NCBI GenBank assembly: GCA_963664395.2
Contig: OY761159.2
Location: forward strand, 2,080,001-2,144,000
From: Candidatus Binatia bacterium
GTDB lineage: Bacteria; Desulfobacterota; Binatia; Bin18
Length of the DNA stretch: 64,000 nucleotides
Direction: 5' to 3'
Part shown: in pieces, positions 38,731-49,078 of the stretch
How the letters are laid out: the number at the start of each line of letters is the position of its first letter
How positions within the stretch are numbered: position 1 is the first letter of the stretch
The notes under the pieces: generated by a model
The model's input: the letters and a program-made list of their open reading frames with translations, nothing else
The model's database searches: none
Told to the model about the DNA's origin: nothing
Position numbers and translations under genes: made by a program

Positions 38731-39408
38731 CTATGCGCCATTAGCTGCCGGCCGCGCCGGGGCGCGCCGGACACGAAAATCAACCGGACGATAGCCACCG
38801 ACTCGAAGCGCCTCAACCAACTCTTCCGTATTCGTAATATCTTTCTCAAACTCCGTAGCGCAAATCCCGACAAAGCTCACCAGATGGGCATCACTCCCAC
38901 CAAAGGCATGGTAACCATACGAATTAATAAGCTCGGCCACGCGCTCGTTTTCGCCTTTTTTGCTCCCGCCGTTCAGGGCCTCGACGCCAACAACCCCCCG
39001 GAGTGGAGGGCGGTTTTCATAGTGCTCAATCAATCCAATAGTGGGCCGACCCGGGTGACACGGCATGGCAACACCGCCCAGGCGCGCCACTTCGTCAATC
39101 AACTCTTGGGCCCGCAGCCGCACGTTGGAGAAGTCGAAGCGTTGCAGCATAGCGTCGTTCACCCCATACACGAGAACGTGGCCGTACTCAGTCTCGACTT
39201 CCGCGGCTTTGAGGATCAGCATGCCATACTTATCTTCAAGCGCTCGGTAGTCACTGTGTGTGTCGAACTGGCGGTGCTCGGTCAGAACGATGCCGTCCAG
39301 CGGCCGTTCGTCTCGTTTGCGGGCCAGCCATTTGAGGTAGGCCTCAACCGGCGCACGGCTGTCGTCTGAGACTTCAGAGTGGAGATGGAGGTCAATTACT
39401 CGTGCCAT
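38731..39408 (-). CDS. PHP-domain metallophosphoesterase-like protein
   Basis: DLHLHS, LTEH, GH, CHP, GGSDAH. Confidence 0.85.
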   Translation of the reverse strand: MARVIDLHLHSEVSDDSRAPVEAYLKWLARKRDERPLDGIVLTEHRQFDTHSDYRALEDKYGMLILKAAEVETEYGHVLVYGVNDAMLQRFDFSNVRLRAQELIDEVARLGGVAMPCHPGRPTIGLIEHYENRPPLRGVVGVEALNGGSKKGENERVAELINSYGYHAFGGSDAHLVSFVGICATEFEKDITNTEELVEALRVGGYRPVDFRVRRAPARPAANGA

Positions 39409-39603
39409 TGAGGATGTTCCAGAGCCGGCTGTCTGGCCCGACTCTTCTGTCTCCTTTTGTCGAAGAGATTTTTTCCGGTTGCGGAATAGTGCCCTATAGT
39501 GCCAGAAGTGAACGATTGTGGCAATGCAAAGTGGGGAGGGGCAGCCGGCTCCTGTCCCTCCCCATTCCAGCATCAGGCGGTTATCAACAGGCTCCCAGGA
39601 AGA

Positions 39604-40026
39604 CTAGGCGGTCGGTTTGAACAGCGGCACCGCAACCTCCGGCGTCACGTCCTCGAAGGTAACTTCGACCGGCATTCCTATGGTGACGCTCTCCGGGTCA
39701 CAGTCCACGATGTTCGTCAGCATCCGCACCCCTTCTTCCAACTCAACATAGGCCATGACATAGGGCACTTTGTTGCGAAATCCCGAACTTTGATTCTGAC
39801 GGGTGATGGTAAAGGTGTAGACTGTGCCCTTGCCGCTACAGCGTAGCCACTCAAAGTCCTGCGACAGGTCTTCGGGACAAAACGCCCGTGGATAGTAAAA
39901 GACCGTTCCACACCTGCGGCATTTCTGGACATACAGTTCGTGCCGGGCACAGGCTTCCCAAAACGGGCGCGACTCTTCATCTACCCGCGGAACCGGACGT
40001 TTCGATTTCTTTTGCTCATCAGCCAT
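39604..40026 (-). CDS. Zn-ribbon/OB-fold protein (DUF35)
   Basis: PFWEA, CxxC...PRxxCP, GTVYTFT, VELEEG. Confidence 0.9.
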   Translation of the reverse strand: MADEQKKSKRPVPRVDEESRPFWEACARHELYVQKCRRCGTVFYYPRAFCPEDLSQDFEWLRCSGKGTVYTFTITRQNQSSGFRNKVPYVMAYVELEEGVRMLTNIVDCDPESVTIGMPVEVTFEDVTPEVAVPLFKPTA

Positions 40027-40063
40027 AATCAATTCCCCACTATCGGCATTATCGGCCTGCTGC

Positions 40064-41212
40064 CTAGACTCCGAGGACCAGAGAGGCACCGCTGTGCCGC
40101 AGCCCGAGTGTCCCGCCCGTTCCATGGCAAAAGGCGAGTGCACAATCTTTGACCTGGCGCTCCCCACACTCACCTCGCAGCTGCTTGACCGCTTCGATCA
40201 CGAGAAAAATCCCGCGCATACCGGGGTGATTAGACGAGAGCCCCCCACCGTCGGTGTTAATCGGGAGCTCGCCGCCCAGACCAATACGACCGTTCTGGAT
40301 ATACGAGCCCCCCTCGCCTTTTTTGCAAAATCCCAGACTTTCCAAGGTCACACACACCGTAATGGTAAATGAGTCATAAATCATGGCCATGTCAAAGTCG
40401 GTATGACTCACGCCGGCACGCGCCATGGCCTTCGGGCCGGACTGCTTGGCAGCCGCGTCGGTAATATCGCGCATCCCAGCGCTGGTATGCGCACAGGCCT
40501 CTGCCGCACTGAGGATATGGACGGGCTTCTTTTTGAGATCGCGCGCCCGTTCAGCGGACGTGACAACCAGGGCGCCGCCGCCATCCGAGATCATGCAGCA
40601 GTCCAAGAGATGCAGCGGTGAAGACACCTCGCGCGAGGCGAGCACGTCGTCAACGCTAATCGGGTCACGAAACTTTGCATGTGGATTCAGGGACGCATGT
40701 TTGCGGGTGGTCACGGCAATCTCGGCCAGTTGCTCACTGGTTGTGCCGAATTCGTGCATATGGCGCTGCGCGGTCAGAGCGTAGTCGCCCACGGTTGTCG
40801 GGCCGTAGCAGCCCTCAAACTGTTCGGGCGGATCGCCGCTCCCGCCGCCTCCTGTGCCAACGGCAAAACGGTCTGAGGACCATTTGCTGCCGTATAGGAT
40901 CAGGGCAACATCGCAGTAGCCGGCGGCAATCGCCGCCGCCGCGTGAGCCGTATGCGAAACAAAGGACGAGCCGCCGATCGAGTTGGAGTCCAGGAAATCG
41001 GGGTTAAGATTCAGGTGCTCGGCCAGGGCGATAATCCCCATGCCACCCACCCCCGAGGTAAACAGGCCGTTCACATCTTTTATGCTCAGCCCGGCATCGT
41101 CCAGGGCGCCGCGCGCACTCTCGGCCATGATCTGGTATTGGGTTTTATGCGGTGCCCAACGCAGCGGGTGCTCGTACACGCCGGCCAATGCGGCTTTTCG
41201 ACTGATACTCAT
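40064..41212 (-). CDS. Thiolase-fold protein, SCP2/Ltp type, lacking the N-terminal catalytic Cys
   Basis: GGSS in place of CxSG, DCC..SDGG, IYDSFT, NTDGGGLS. Confidence 0.88.
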   Translation of the reverse strand: MSISRKAALAGVYEHPLRWAPHKTQYQIMAESARGALDDAGLSIKDVNGLFTSGVGGMGIIALAEHLNLNPDFLDSNSIGGSSFVSHTAHAAAAIAAGYCDVALILYGSKWSSDRFAVGTGGGGSGDPPEQFEGCYGPTTVGDYALTAQRHMHEFGTTSEQLAEIAVTTRKHASLNPHAKFRDPISVDDVLASREVSSPLHLLDCCMISDGGGALVVTSAERARDLKKKPVHILSAAEACAHTSAGMRDITDAAAKQSGPKAMARAGVSHTDFDMAMIYDSFTITVCVTLESLGFCKKGEGGSYIQNGRIGLGGELPINTDGGGLSSNHPGMRGIFLVIEAVKQLRGECGERQVKDCALAFCHGTGGTLGLRHSGASLVLGV

Positions 41213-41223
41213 ACTATGCCTCT

Positions 41224-42021
41224 TTAGTTGAAGAACGCCTGAATGGCGTCGCAGGCGGCCTGCGGTTTTTCGATCGGCAGCCAGTGCCCGGCCTCGGGAA
41301 TCACCGCCAGTTGGGCGTTCGGGATATTGTCTCGCAATTCTTCTGCCTGAGCGACTGGCGTGGTGGCATCATCCGCTCCAGCCAGCACCAGCGTGGGCAG
41401 GGTGATCTGTCCGAGTTGCGCCGTCAGGTCAACCTGCTGGCAGGCCATCAAATCAAAGCAGCGGACGCGCGGGTCGGTCTTGATCTGCTCCATCCAGCCC
41501 TCTTGGATGATCTCCTGCGGCGTTTGAGGCGAGCACGAAACCTTGGTAAACGGCTGTCCCTGGCGACCTTTCATCACCGCTTGCCAGGTCTTGATGAGCT
41601 CGTCCGGGATATTGAACTTTGCCGCGGTGCAGGTCAGCGCCAAGCCTTCCAGCATATCAGCATGGCGCAGAGCCAGATCCAGGGCAATTGCTCCACCCAT
41701 GGAATGGCCAACAATAACCACTGGGCGCACACCCAACGCCTTCCACAGCATATAGGTGAAGTCGCTATACGCGGCCACGCTTTTGAGACTTTCCGTTCCA
41801 CTCGAACGCCCATGTCCCGGAAAGTCGAACGACAACGGACTGTGGTTGGCGGATAGCATATCGAGCATCTTATGGGCGAAATGGCCGTTACTGCCCGCCC
41901 CATGGACGTACAAAAAGAGCCGGCCCTTGCTCACATCAGGAACAACAGGCGGCAGCGTCGTCTGGCCGGTGTGAAAATAATTCACCGCATAGCCTTCAAC
42001 ATCAACATACTTGGTTGGCAT
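41224..42021 (-). CDS. alpha/beta fold hydrolase
   Basis: VHGAG, PGHGRS, GHSMG, D, AGH. Confidence 0.88.
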   Translation of the reverse strand: MPTKYVDVEGYAVNYFHTGQTTLPPVVPDVSKGRLFLYVHGAGSNGHFAHKMLDMLSANHSPLSFDFPGHGRSSGTESLKSVAAYSDFTYMLWKALGVRPVVIVGHSMGGAIALDLALRHADMLEGLALTCTAAKFNIPDELIKTWQAVMKGRQGQPFTKVSCSPQTPQEIIQEGWMEQIKTDPRVRCFDLMACQQVDLTAQLGQITLPTLVLAGADDATTPVAQAEELRDNIPNAQLAVIPEAGHWLPIEKPQAACDAIQAFFN

Positions 42022-42169
42022 ATCCCCTCGCTTTGGAAAAAACTGTCAACTGACTAATCGGGCGGGGTCGAGTTTGTCAAGGGTTCCGGCCTGCGCGCTG
42101 GCCCAATCCAGCCGAGACCCTCGCGCCTCAGCCTTCTAGCGGCATCTTGGCTGGGACTCTCCTCCTCCC

Positions 42170-43330
42170 TCAGACTCGCGCCAGCTCGCGCACCAAGACC
42201 TGCAAGGATTGGGCATTATACGCCAAAAATGGTCAATATAGGGCAGGGCGGCCTTCATGCCCTGGGCGCGCGGTTCAAAGCTGGCGGCGCCGTACATGGG
42301 ATTGATCCAGACCACGCTGCGCACGCGTCGCCGCAGGGCGCGCATTTCGCGTTCAATGATCTCGGTGCGGCCGCTGTCATAGCCGTCACTGATAATAACG
42401 GCCCCCGTTGAGCGGGCCGAGCCTTCACGCAGAACACTCCGGTTCAACTTGGTGAGTGCTCCGCCGATATCCGTGCCGCCGGACCAGTGGCGGACCGTCT
42501 CGCCGACCTGCTGCAAGGTGTGTTGCACCGAGCGGCGGCGCAGCACGGACGTGATCTCAGTGACAGCCGTGCTGAAAACCACCGTGCGCGCGTTCTTGAG
42601 CTCCTTCTGAATCCCCAGCATGAGCTGCAAAAGAAACGGATTAAACGCATCCATGGAGCCACTCACGTCGCACAACATCGCACAACAGGACGAGGCGAGT
42701 CTTGCGTACGCGGCGCTGGACCCGGGCGAGTTCAACCATATCCATGCCGTGCCGCATATTACGCCGGAGTAAGCGTCGCAGGTCTATCCGCCGGCCGCGT
42801 GGGGACGGTTTGAGACGCCGGCTGGGGCGGGTGGCGAGACGCCTGGCTAGGGCACGGACGATGTGTTCGATGGGGGGCGCTGCCTCATCCCAACGCGCCG
42901 TCAGGTTCAGGTCGCGCTGGGTCTCCTGTGCACTGGTATCTTCAAGCTGGCCAATAATGTCCTGGTGGGCCTCCTGCAAGCCCTGGTCGAAGTCGCCGCG
43001 GAGCAACTCGGTCTGCACGCCTATGCGGTAGCCTGCGTTCTCCGCTTCCCCGTACCAGTAGGCCTTGAACACCCGGTCAAATCGTTGTTCTGCCGCTTGA
43101 CTGCTGGCCAGATTCGTCCGCAGGGCGAGGCGGAAGTCGTCCTCATTGACAAACTGAATACTACGCAGGGAGCGGGCGACATCAATGACGCGGCCTGGGG
43201 TCACACCGAGTTGCGCCGCCTTGGCTAATCGACACAGCTCCAGCGTGCGTGTGAGCAGCGTCTCGGGTAGCTGACTCAGAGCGGAGGGGGCTTCTTTGGG
43301 GGGTTCCGCTGGAGGCGTATCCCCACTCAC
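42170..43330 (-). pseudogene. coxE: CoxE-like VWA domain protein, doubly frameshifted
   Basis: CoxE motifs (IDLRRLLR, WSGGTDIG, IISDG, WINP). An exact 10-bp duplication TCGCACAACA (42668-42687) breaks the MIDAS motif LCDVSGSM. A second shift lies near 42225, with the restored tail AYNAQSLQVLVRELARV*. Confidence 0.85.
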
Positions 43331-43548
43331 TCCGTGCCACCCTTCAGGATGGTAGCCGCCCCAATGGTGTGTAAGCGCTCAATATCGTCATGGTATTTCA
43401 GAATCACACCGGCAGTGTCCTCCAGAGTTTCCGCCCGGAGTTCGTCAATCTCCAGTCCGAGCGCCCGGTCGGCGATATAATTCCACTGGGCAAATTGTGC
43501 CTGGACGGCCTCAACCGATTGAAAGACTGGACGGTTCTGTTCCGACAT
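43327..43548 (-). pseudogene. coxD: CoxD/MoxR AAA ATPase remnant with internal deletion
   Basis: CoxD-like N-terminus (FQSVEAV...NYIADRAL) joined directly to CoxD-like C-terminus (LEDTAGVILKYHDDI), with no Walker motifs. Directly upstream of coxE. Confidence 0.75.
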
Positions 43549-43628
43549 GATGATTCCCGAGTTTTTCTTCCTGGTCGGGCTGAGTCAGGGCTTCATCTCC
43601 CTGCCCGACCGAGTATCTGGAGAGCCGG

Positions 43629-46600
43629 CTACAGTGCCGCCACGCTGAGCGCGTTTGAGCGCTCGGCCAGCCGCTGCTCAAAAGCGGCCAGCTCGTCATC
43701 CAGGATACTGAAGTATGTGGCTTGGGGATGATGAAAGACAAGCGCCGAGACCGAGGCTTCCGGTTCCATCATGTATCCCTCGGTCAGCTCGACGCCGATT
43801 GAGGCGGTGATTGGCAGCAACTGAAACAGGCGTTCCTGGTCTTCGAGGCGCGGACACGCCGGATAGCCGAAACTCACCCGGACACCGCGATACCGGGCCT
43901 TGAAGCGATCCCGCATGGTCAGCTCCGGCGGGTCGGCAAAGCCCCACATCTCGCGCAGGCGCTGATGGAGCAGTTCGGCAAACGCCTCCGCGCTTTCAAT
44001 AGCAAGGGCTTGCAGGATATGGGACTGGAGGTAGTGGCCCGCTTGGCGGTACTGTTCCGACAGTTCTCGTACACCGTGGCCACAGGTCACGACGAACAGC
44101 GCGATATAGTCCGGTTTGCCAGCGCTCGTCGGAGCCACGAAATCACTCAGACAGCGGCCCTCTCCATGCTGTTGACGGGGGAAGAGAAATGTCTCGACAA
44201 TATCTTTTCCGTTCGCCTGGTACAGCCGCAGGCTGTCGCCTTCTGCCTGGGCCGGAAAGAATTTATAGACCGCTTGAGCGCGCAGCAGTTTTTTTGCAAT
44301 AACCTCATCCATCACGGCTTCGACCTGTCGGTGTAACGCGACGGCTTTCTCGTTGCCCTGCGCTAATAAGGTCTCAAGATTGCCCTTGAGCCCCAGGTGC
44401 TTGCCGTACAGCATGCTCGGGTTGAGATAGGCGAAGATCGCCTCCAGATCATAATCAGCGAGCGTATGCGGACGCAGATCGGGCGGGAGTGGGGCGGGCT
44501 GTTCGTGTGCCAGCACGGCCGGTTGTACTCTGGGTGCAGATTTTCGCGGCTGAGACTTGCGGTCCTGCTGGGCTAAACGGGCCCGTTCTTTTTCAAGGTC
44601 CAGAATGAGCGCCGCGTGCTTGTCTTCATCCACAAGCCGGTTGGCCAGATCGAGTCCGCGCATGGCATCGTGAGCGTAACAGACCAGGCCGTCGTACTCG
44701 GGGGCAATTTTATTGGCGGTAAAACGTGGGGTGAGCGCAGCTCCACCAACCAGAATCGGACAGGCGACCTGGGCATTCTTGAGGTCCTGGGCCGTCACCA
44801 CCATCTGTTGGGCCGATTTGACCAGCAAACCGGACAGGCCCACAATATCCGGCTGATGTTCACGGACGGCTTCTATGAGTGTCTCAGGTGCGACTTTAAT
44901 ACCGAGGTTCACCACGCGGTAGCCGTTGTTTGACAGGATGATCTCAACCAGGTTTTTCCCGATATCATGCACATCGCCCTTGACGGTGGCCAGGATGACG
45001 GTGCCTTTGAGTGCACTGTCAGTTTTCTCCATAAAGGGTTCGAGATGACTCACCGCAGCCTTCATTGACTCAGCGCTTTGCAAGACCTCGGCCACAATGA
45101 GTTCATTGTTGTTGAACAGTCGTCCGACTTCATCCATCCCGGCCATGAGCGGCCCATTGATGATATTCAGTGGCAACTGATCGCGGAGGGCGGTGTTGAG
45201 GTCGGCAATCAGGCCGTCTTTTGAGCCTTCTATGATATAACGAGCCAGCCGTTCGTCCAGCGGAAGGGCGGCGTACGTATCCTCAATCACAGTTTCTTTT
45301 TTCTGTCGAAAGTGTGCGGCAAAAGCAGCCACCGGGTCCTCACTGCGCCAATAAATCAGATCATCCGCGAGTTGTTTTTCTTCTGCGGCAATCGAGGCGT
45401 AGCGTTCCAACCTTTCCGTGTTCACAATAGCCAAGTCGAGACCGGCTTTGACACAGTGGTAGAGAAACACGGAGTTCAGCACCTCTCGGCCGGCCGGCGG
45501 GAGGCCAAAGGAGACATTGCTGATACCCAGGATGGTCTTGCACGCCGGCAGCTCTTGTTTAATCAGCCGGACGCCTTCAATCGTCTCTTCCCCTGCGCCA
45601 ATATAGTTGTGGTCACCGGTTCCGAGTGGAAATACCAGCGGATCAAAAATGAGATCTTCAGCCGACAGGCCGTATTTGTGGGTGAGCAGCGCATAGCTCC
45701 GTTTCGCAACTGCGAGTTTTCGCCGCCGGGTGACCGCCATTCCCTGTTGCGGGTCTTCATCAATACAGCCCACAACCACCGCCGCGCCGTAGCGTTTGAT
45801 GAGCGGCACGACCTGCGCAAACCGTTCCTCGCCGTCTTCCAGGTTGATCGAGTTGACAATCGCTTTGCCCTGTGACTGTTCAAGCGCGGCTTCAATGACC
45901 CGTGCGTCAGTCGAGTCGATCATCAGGGGAACTTTGATCTTCCGCACCAGAATGTCCAGGAAGGCGGTCATATCGCTGAGTTCTTCGCGGTCCGGGTCTG
46001 CGACGCACACATCCACGATTTGGGCTCCACCCCGCACCTGCCGGCGGCCGATTTCTGCGCCTTCTTCAAACGCACCCTCAGTGAGGAGCCGCTTGAATTT
46101 GCGTGACCCAATCACGTTCGTTCGCTCACCGACCAGCACCGGACGTTTGTCGTCGTCAATCACCAGGGGTTCGAGCCCGGACACCACACTCCGTTTGGTC
46201 GTCGGCAGGGTCCGCGGCCGCTTGCCCTCCAGCATGTGCCTGAGCAATTCGATGTGGGCCGGCGTCGTGCCGCAGCAGCCGCCCAGCATATTGAGCCAGC
46301 CGGCATCAACAAAACGTTCGAGCTTGGCCGCAATCATCTCGGGCGATTCGTTGTAGTGTCCTTCTTCATCCGGCAACCCGGCGTTCGGAATACACACTGC
46401 AGGGAAACGAGAGAGCGCAGCTAAGGTCCGTAAATGATCGGTCATAAAATCGGGGCCGGTGGCACAGTTCAGTCCGAGCGCGAACAGGTCATGGTGCGCC
46501 ACGGAGGTATAGAGCGCCTCCACCCCCTGCCCGGCCAACATCGTCCCCATCGTTTCAATCGTGATGGAGACGGCGACCGGCACGCGCTGCCCGACCGTCC

Positions 46601-47186
46601 GAAACGCGTCGTCGATTCCCACCAGGCCCGATTTCAGATTGAGCGTGTCTTGGGTGGTTTCCATCACCAGCAGGTCCACGCCACCCCGCAGCAGACCTGC
46701 TGCTTGTTCGGCATAGGTGTGCCGCAGTTGGCTGAAGGTCACACCGCCCGTGACGGAAATCGTTTTTGTGGTCGGCCCCATGGAGCCGGCCACAAAGCGA
46801 GGCTTTTGGAGTGAGCTATACCGTTGGGCACTGGCCCGAGCAAGCTGGGCCGCGGCCTGGTTTATTTCTCCCGCTTTCTCTTGCAGACCATATTCGGCCA
46901 GAACGATACTGGCAGCGCCAAAGGTATTCGTCTCAATAATATCCGACCCGGCCTGCAAGAAGCCGTCATGAATCTTCGTAATCGCCGCGGGGCAGGTCAA
47001 TACCAGGTGTTCATTACAGCCTTCGTACTCAAGGCCGCCGAAATCTTCGGCGCATAGATTTTGGGCTTGGATGGAGGTCCCCATTGCGCCATCAAAGAGC
47101 AGCACCCGTTCGCGCAGGAGGGCGTACAGTTCCGTTGTCGTAGCCGATAAGGAAGGCCGTGTGTCGTTCAAATCTCTTATCCTCAC
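43629..47186 (-). CDS. metH: Cobalamin-dependent methionine synthase
   Basis: DGAMGT, NCATG, GGCCGTT, GERTN, KGDVHDIGKN, SFGYPACP. Confidence 0.96.
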   Translation of the reverse strand: MRIRDLNDTRPSLSATTTELYALLRERVLLFDGAMGTSIQAQNLCAEDFGGLEYEGCNEHLVLTCPAAITKIHDGFLQAGSDIIETNTFGAASIVLAEYGLQEKAGEINQAAAQLARASAQRYSSLQKPRFVAGSMGPTTKTISVTGGVTFSQLRHTYAEQAAGLLRGGVDLLVMETTQDTLNLKSGLVGIDDAFRTVGQRVPVAVSITIETMGTMLAGQGVEALYTSVAHHDLFALGLNCATGPDFMTDHLRTLAALSRFPAVCIPNAGLPDEEGHYNESPEMIAAKLERFVDAGWLNMLGGCCGTTPAHIELLRHMLEGKRPRTLPTTKRSVVSGLEPLVIDDDKRPVLVGERTNVIGSRKFKRLLTEGAFEEGAEIGRRQVRGGAQIVDVCVADPDREELSDMTAFLDILVRKIKVPLMIDSTDARVIEAALEQSQGKAIVNSINLEDGEERFAQVVPLIKRYGAAVVVGCIDEDPQQGMAVTRRRKLAVAKRSYALLTHKYGLSAEDLIFDPLVFPLGTGDHNYIGAGEETIEGVRLIKQELPACKTILGISNVSFGLPPAGREVLNSVFLYHCVKAGLDLAIVNTERLERYASIAAEEKQLADDLIYWRSEDPVAAFAAHFRQKKETVIEDTYAALPLDERLARYIIEGSKDGLIADLNTALRDQLPLNIINGPLMAGMDEVGRLFNNNELIVAEVLQSAESMKAAVSHLEPFMEKTDSALKGTVILATVKGDVHDIGKNLVEIILSNNGYRVVNLGIKVAPETLIEAVREHQPDIVGLSGLLVKSAQQMVVTAQDLKNAQVACPILVGGAALTPRFTANKIAPEYDGLVCYAHDAMRGLDLANRLVDEDKHAALILDLEKERARLAQQDRKSQPRKSAPRVQPAVLAHEQPAPLPPDLRPHTLADYDLEAIFAYLNPSMLYGKHLGLKGNLETLLAQGNEKAVALHRQVEAVMDEVIAKKLLRAQAVYKFFPAQAEGDSLRLYQANGKDIVETFLFPRQQHGEGRCLSDFVAPTSAGKPDYIALFVVTCGHGVRELSEQYRQAGHYLQSHILQALAIESAEAFAELLHQRLREMWGFADPPELTMRDRFKARYRGVRVSFGYPACPRLEDQERLFQLLPITASIGVELTEGYMMEPEASVSALVFHHPQATYFSILDDELAAFEQRLAERSNALSVAAL

Positions 47187-47429
47187 CCTTTCATCATACG
47201 GAGGCCGACGTGGGGGATAAAGAGACTGGAGACGGTCGTGTCAAAAAGACCCGGCTCTCGGCAGCCGTCGGCAGCTCCACGTGAATAAGGGGCGCTCCGC
47301 TTAATGCAGTGCCTCTTATATACGCCAGGAATTTTCTTGTCTAATAGGCCGCGCCTGCAGTGCGGACACAAAAAGGGGATTGCCACAACATAGTGGAGGC
47401 GTTAGGGGGAGAAAAATGGGAGAATACTC

Positions 47430-49055
47430 ATGCAGCCTTTTTTTGAAGAATCGTTAGCCGAACATTTGACGCGTATCGAACATTATATGCGGGGGTGTGA
47501 GTTGCTTGATTTCCCGCGCGAAGCCAGCGTCTTACGGGCCGAACTTGCCGCGTTCATGCGAGCCCACGCGACCTCCGTTGTACAAGAATGGGTCGGACTG
47601 ATTGCACCGACGTTCCCGATTCCAACCGATCGCGTCCTTGGGGTCACACGCGATATGCGGGCCGCCCTCCTGCGTTGGGCCCAGCATATCGAGGCCCCCC
47701 ACGATACGCAGACCTACGAATATCTGCGCGAACATGCCCGGCAGGGGTTTATCTCTCTTTTCCCGGCCTCCCGTTTCCTGGCCAGCCAGATGAAAATTCG
47801 CCTGCTGATCGCGGAGCGTTTACGCGGCGCGTATGCGAAAGATCGGAAGAAACTCGTTGCCCTGCTGACCTTGCTGGACCAGGAGTTCTCCGAACGTCTT
47901 TTGCATATTACGGACTTCTTTGTTGAAGCCCGAGAAGAAGCGCTGCGGGATGAAGAGGAACGTCATCGCAAGGCGGTTGATTATGCCCCGGCGCCAATCT
48001 TTCAGATCAGCGGCTCTGACGGCACGATTCAGCAGGCCAATCGAGAAGCGGAGAAAGCCACCGGTATGTCCCAGACTGAGCTGGCGGGGCGGGCCATTTG
48101 GGACCTTCATCCCCCAGAGGAAAAAGCCCACGTCCGCCAGCTCTATCACGAGACATTGAAACGGGGCTATCTGGGCTGGGAAGACCTGCGTCTGGGAACG
48201 AAAAAGGGAGGGGACGTTGTTCCGGTCTCTGTCTATTTTGGGGCGATCGAGCATCGCGGAGAAAAAACCATCCAGGGCATCTATGTGGACATTTCCGATC
48301 GGCGCCAGTTGGAGAGCCAATTGATCCAATCAGAAAAAATGGCGGCAATCGGACAGCTGGCAGCTGGTATCGCCCACGAAATTCGCAATCCCCTCGGTAT
48401 CATTTTGAATGCGTTATACGATCTGGACCACATCGCAGATACAACCAACCCGGAGATTCATGAGGATCTGCACATCGCCAAGGAGGAAATTACTCGCGCC
48501 CAAGAAATCATCACCAATCTGCTTGAGTTCTCACGCGAGGGCGGGACCGATATGGAAGAGGTCGCCCTTGACGATCTGCTTGGGAAAACGCTCCAATTCA
48601 TGCGGAAATATTTGGAGACGCATAATATCCAAGTCGCGACCCACTTTGGTGATGTTGGCCGCTGTCTGACCAACCAGAACGCCCTGCGCCAAGTCTTTCT
48701 GAATCTCATAACCAATGCGGTTCAGGCCATGCCGCAGGGGGGCGAGTTGCGCTTACAGACCAAGCGGAATGCTCACAATCACGTCACGATTGAATTCAGC
48801 GATACGGGTGTCGGCATTCCCGCACATCAGCTGAACAGCATCTTCAACCCCTTTTTTACGACAAAGGAGCCCGGCCAAGGGACCGGCCTCGGCCTCTCGA
48901 TCGTTCATTCAGTGATCAAACGCTACCAGGGGGATATTGTCGTGCACAGCGCGGTGAACCAGGGCACGACGTTTCTCATCGAGCTTCCCTGTCCGTGCGC
49001 GAATGAATCCCCGGTTCTGGAAGCAGCCTCGACTGAACGGCTGTCCGTTCCCTAA
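47430..49055 (+). CDS. Cytoplasmic PAS sensor histidine kinase (NtrB-like) with helical N-terminal sensor
   Basis: AHEIRNPL H-box, NLITNA, DTGVGI, FFTTK, GTGLGL, PAS domain, no TM segments. Confidence 0.92.
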   Translation: MQPFFEESLAEHLTRIEHYMRGCELLDFPREASVLRAELAAFMRAHATSVVQEWVGLIAPTFPIPTDRVLGVTRDMRAALLRWAQHIEAPHDTQTYEYLREHARQGFISLFPASRFLASQMKIRLLIAERLRGAYAKDRKKLVALLTLLDQEFSERLLHITDFFVEAREEALRDEEERHRKAVDYAPAPIFQISGSDGTIQQANREAEKATGMSQTELAGRAIWDLHPPEEKAHVRQLYHETLKRGYLGWEDLRLGTKKGGDVVPVSVYFGAIEHRGEKTIQGIYVDISDRRQLESQLIQSEKMAAIGQLAAGIAHEIRNPLGIILNALYDLDHIADTTNPEIHEDLHIAKEEITRAQEIITNLLEFSREGGTDMEEVALDDLLGKTLQFMRKYLETHNIQVATHFGDVGRCLTNQNALRQVFLNLITNAVQAMPQGGELRLQTKRNAHNHVTIEFSDTGVGIPAHQLNSIFNPFFTTKEPGQGTGLGLSIVHSVIKRYQGDIVVHSAVNQGTTFLIELPCPCANESPVLEAASTERLSVP

Positions 49056-49078
49056 GACATCCCGTTGAGACTACTATC

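Noticed and set aside
42136-42735. Independent 199-aa VWA gene
   Set aside because: It is the frameshifted 3' half of the coxE pseudogene.
47384-47398. NrdR-box-like sequence CCACAACATAGTGG
   Set aside because: Shorter than the 16-bp consensus, single copy, and no nrd genes nearby.
47187-47429. SAM/SAH/cobalamin riboswitch upstream of metH
   Set aside because: No recognisable conserved core motifs by eye. An Infernal/Rfam scan would be decisive.
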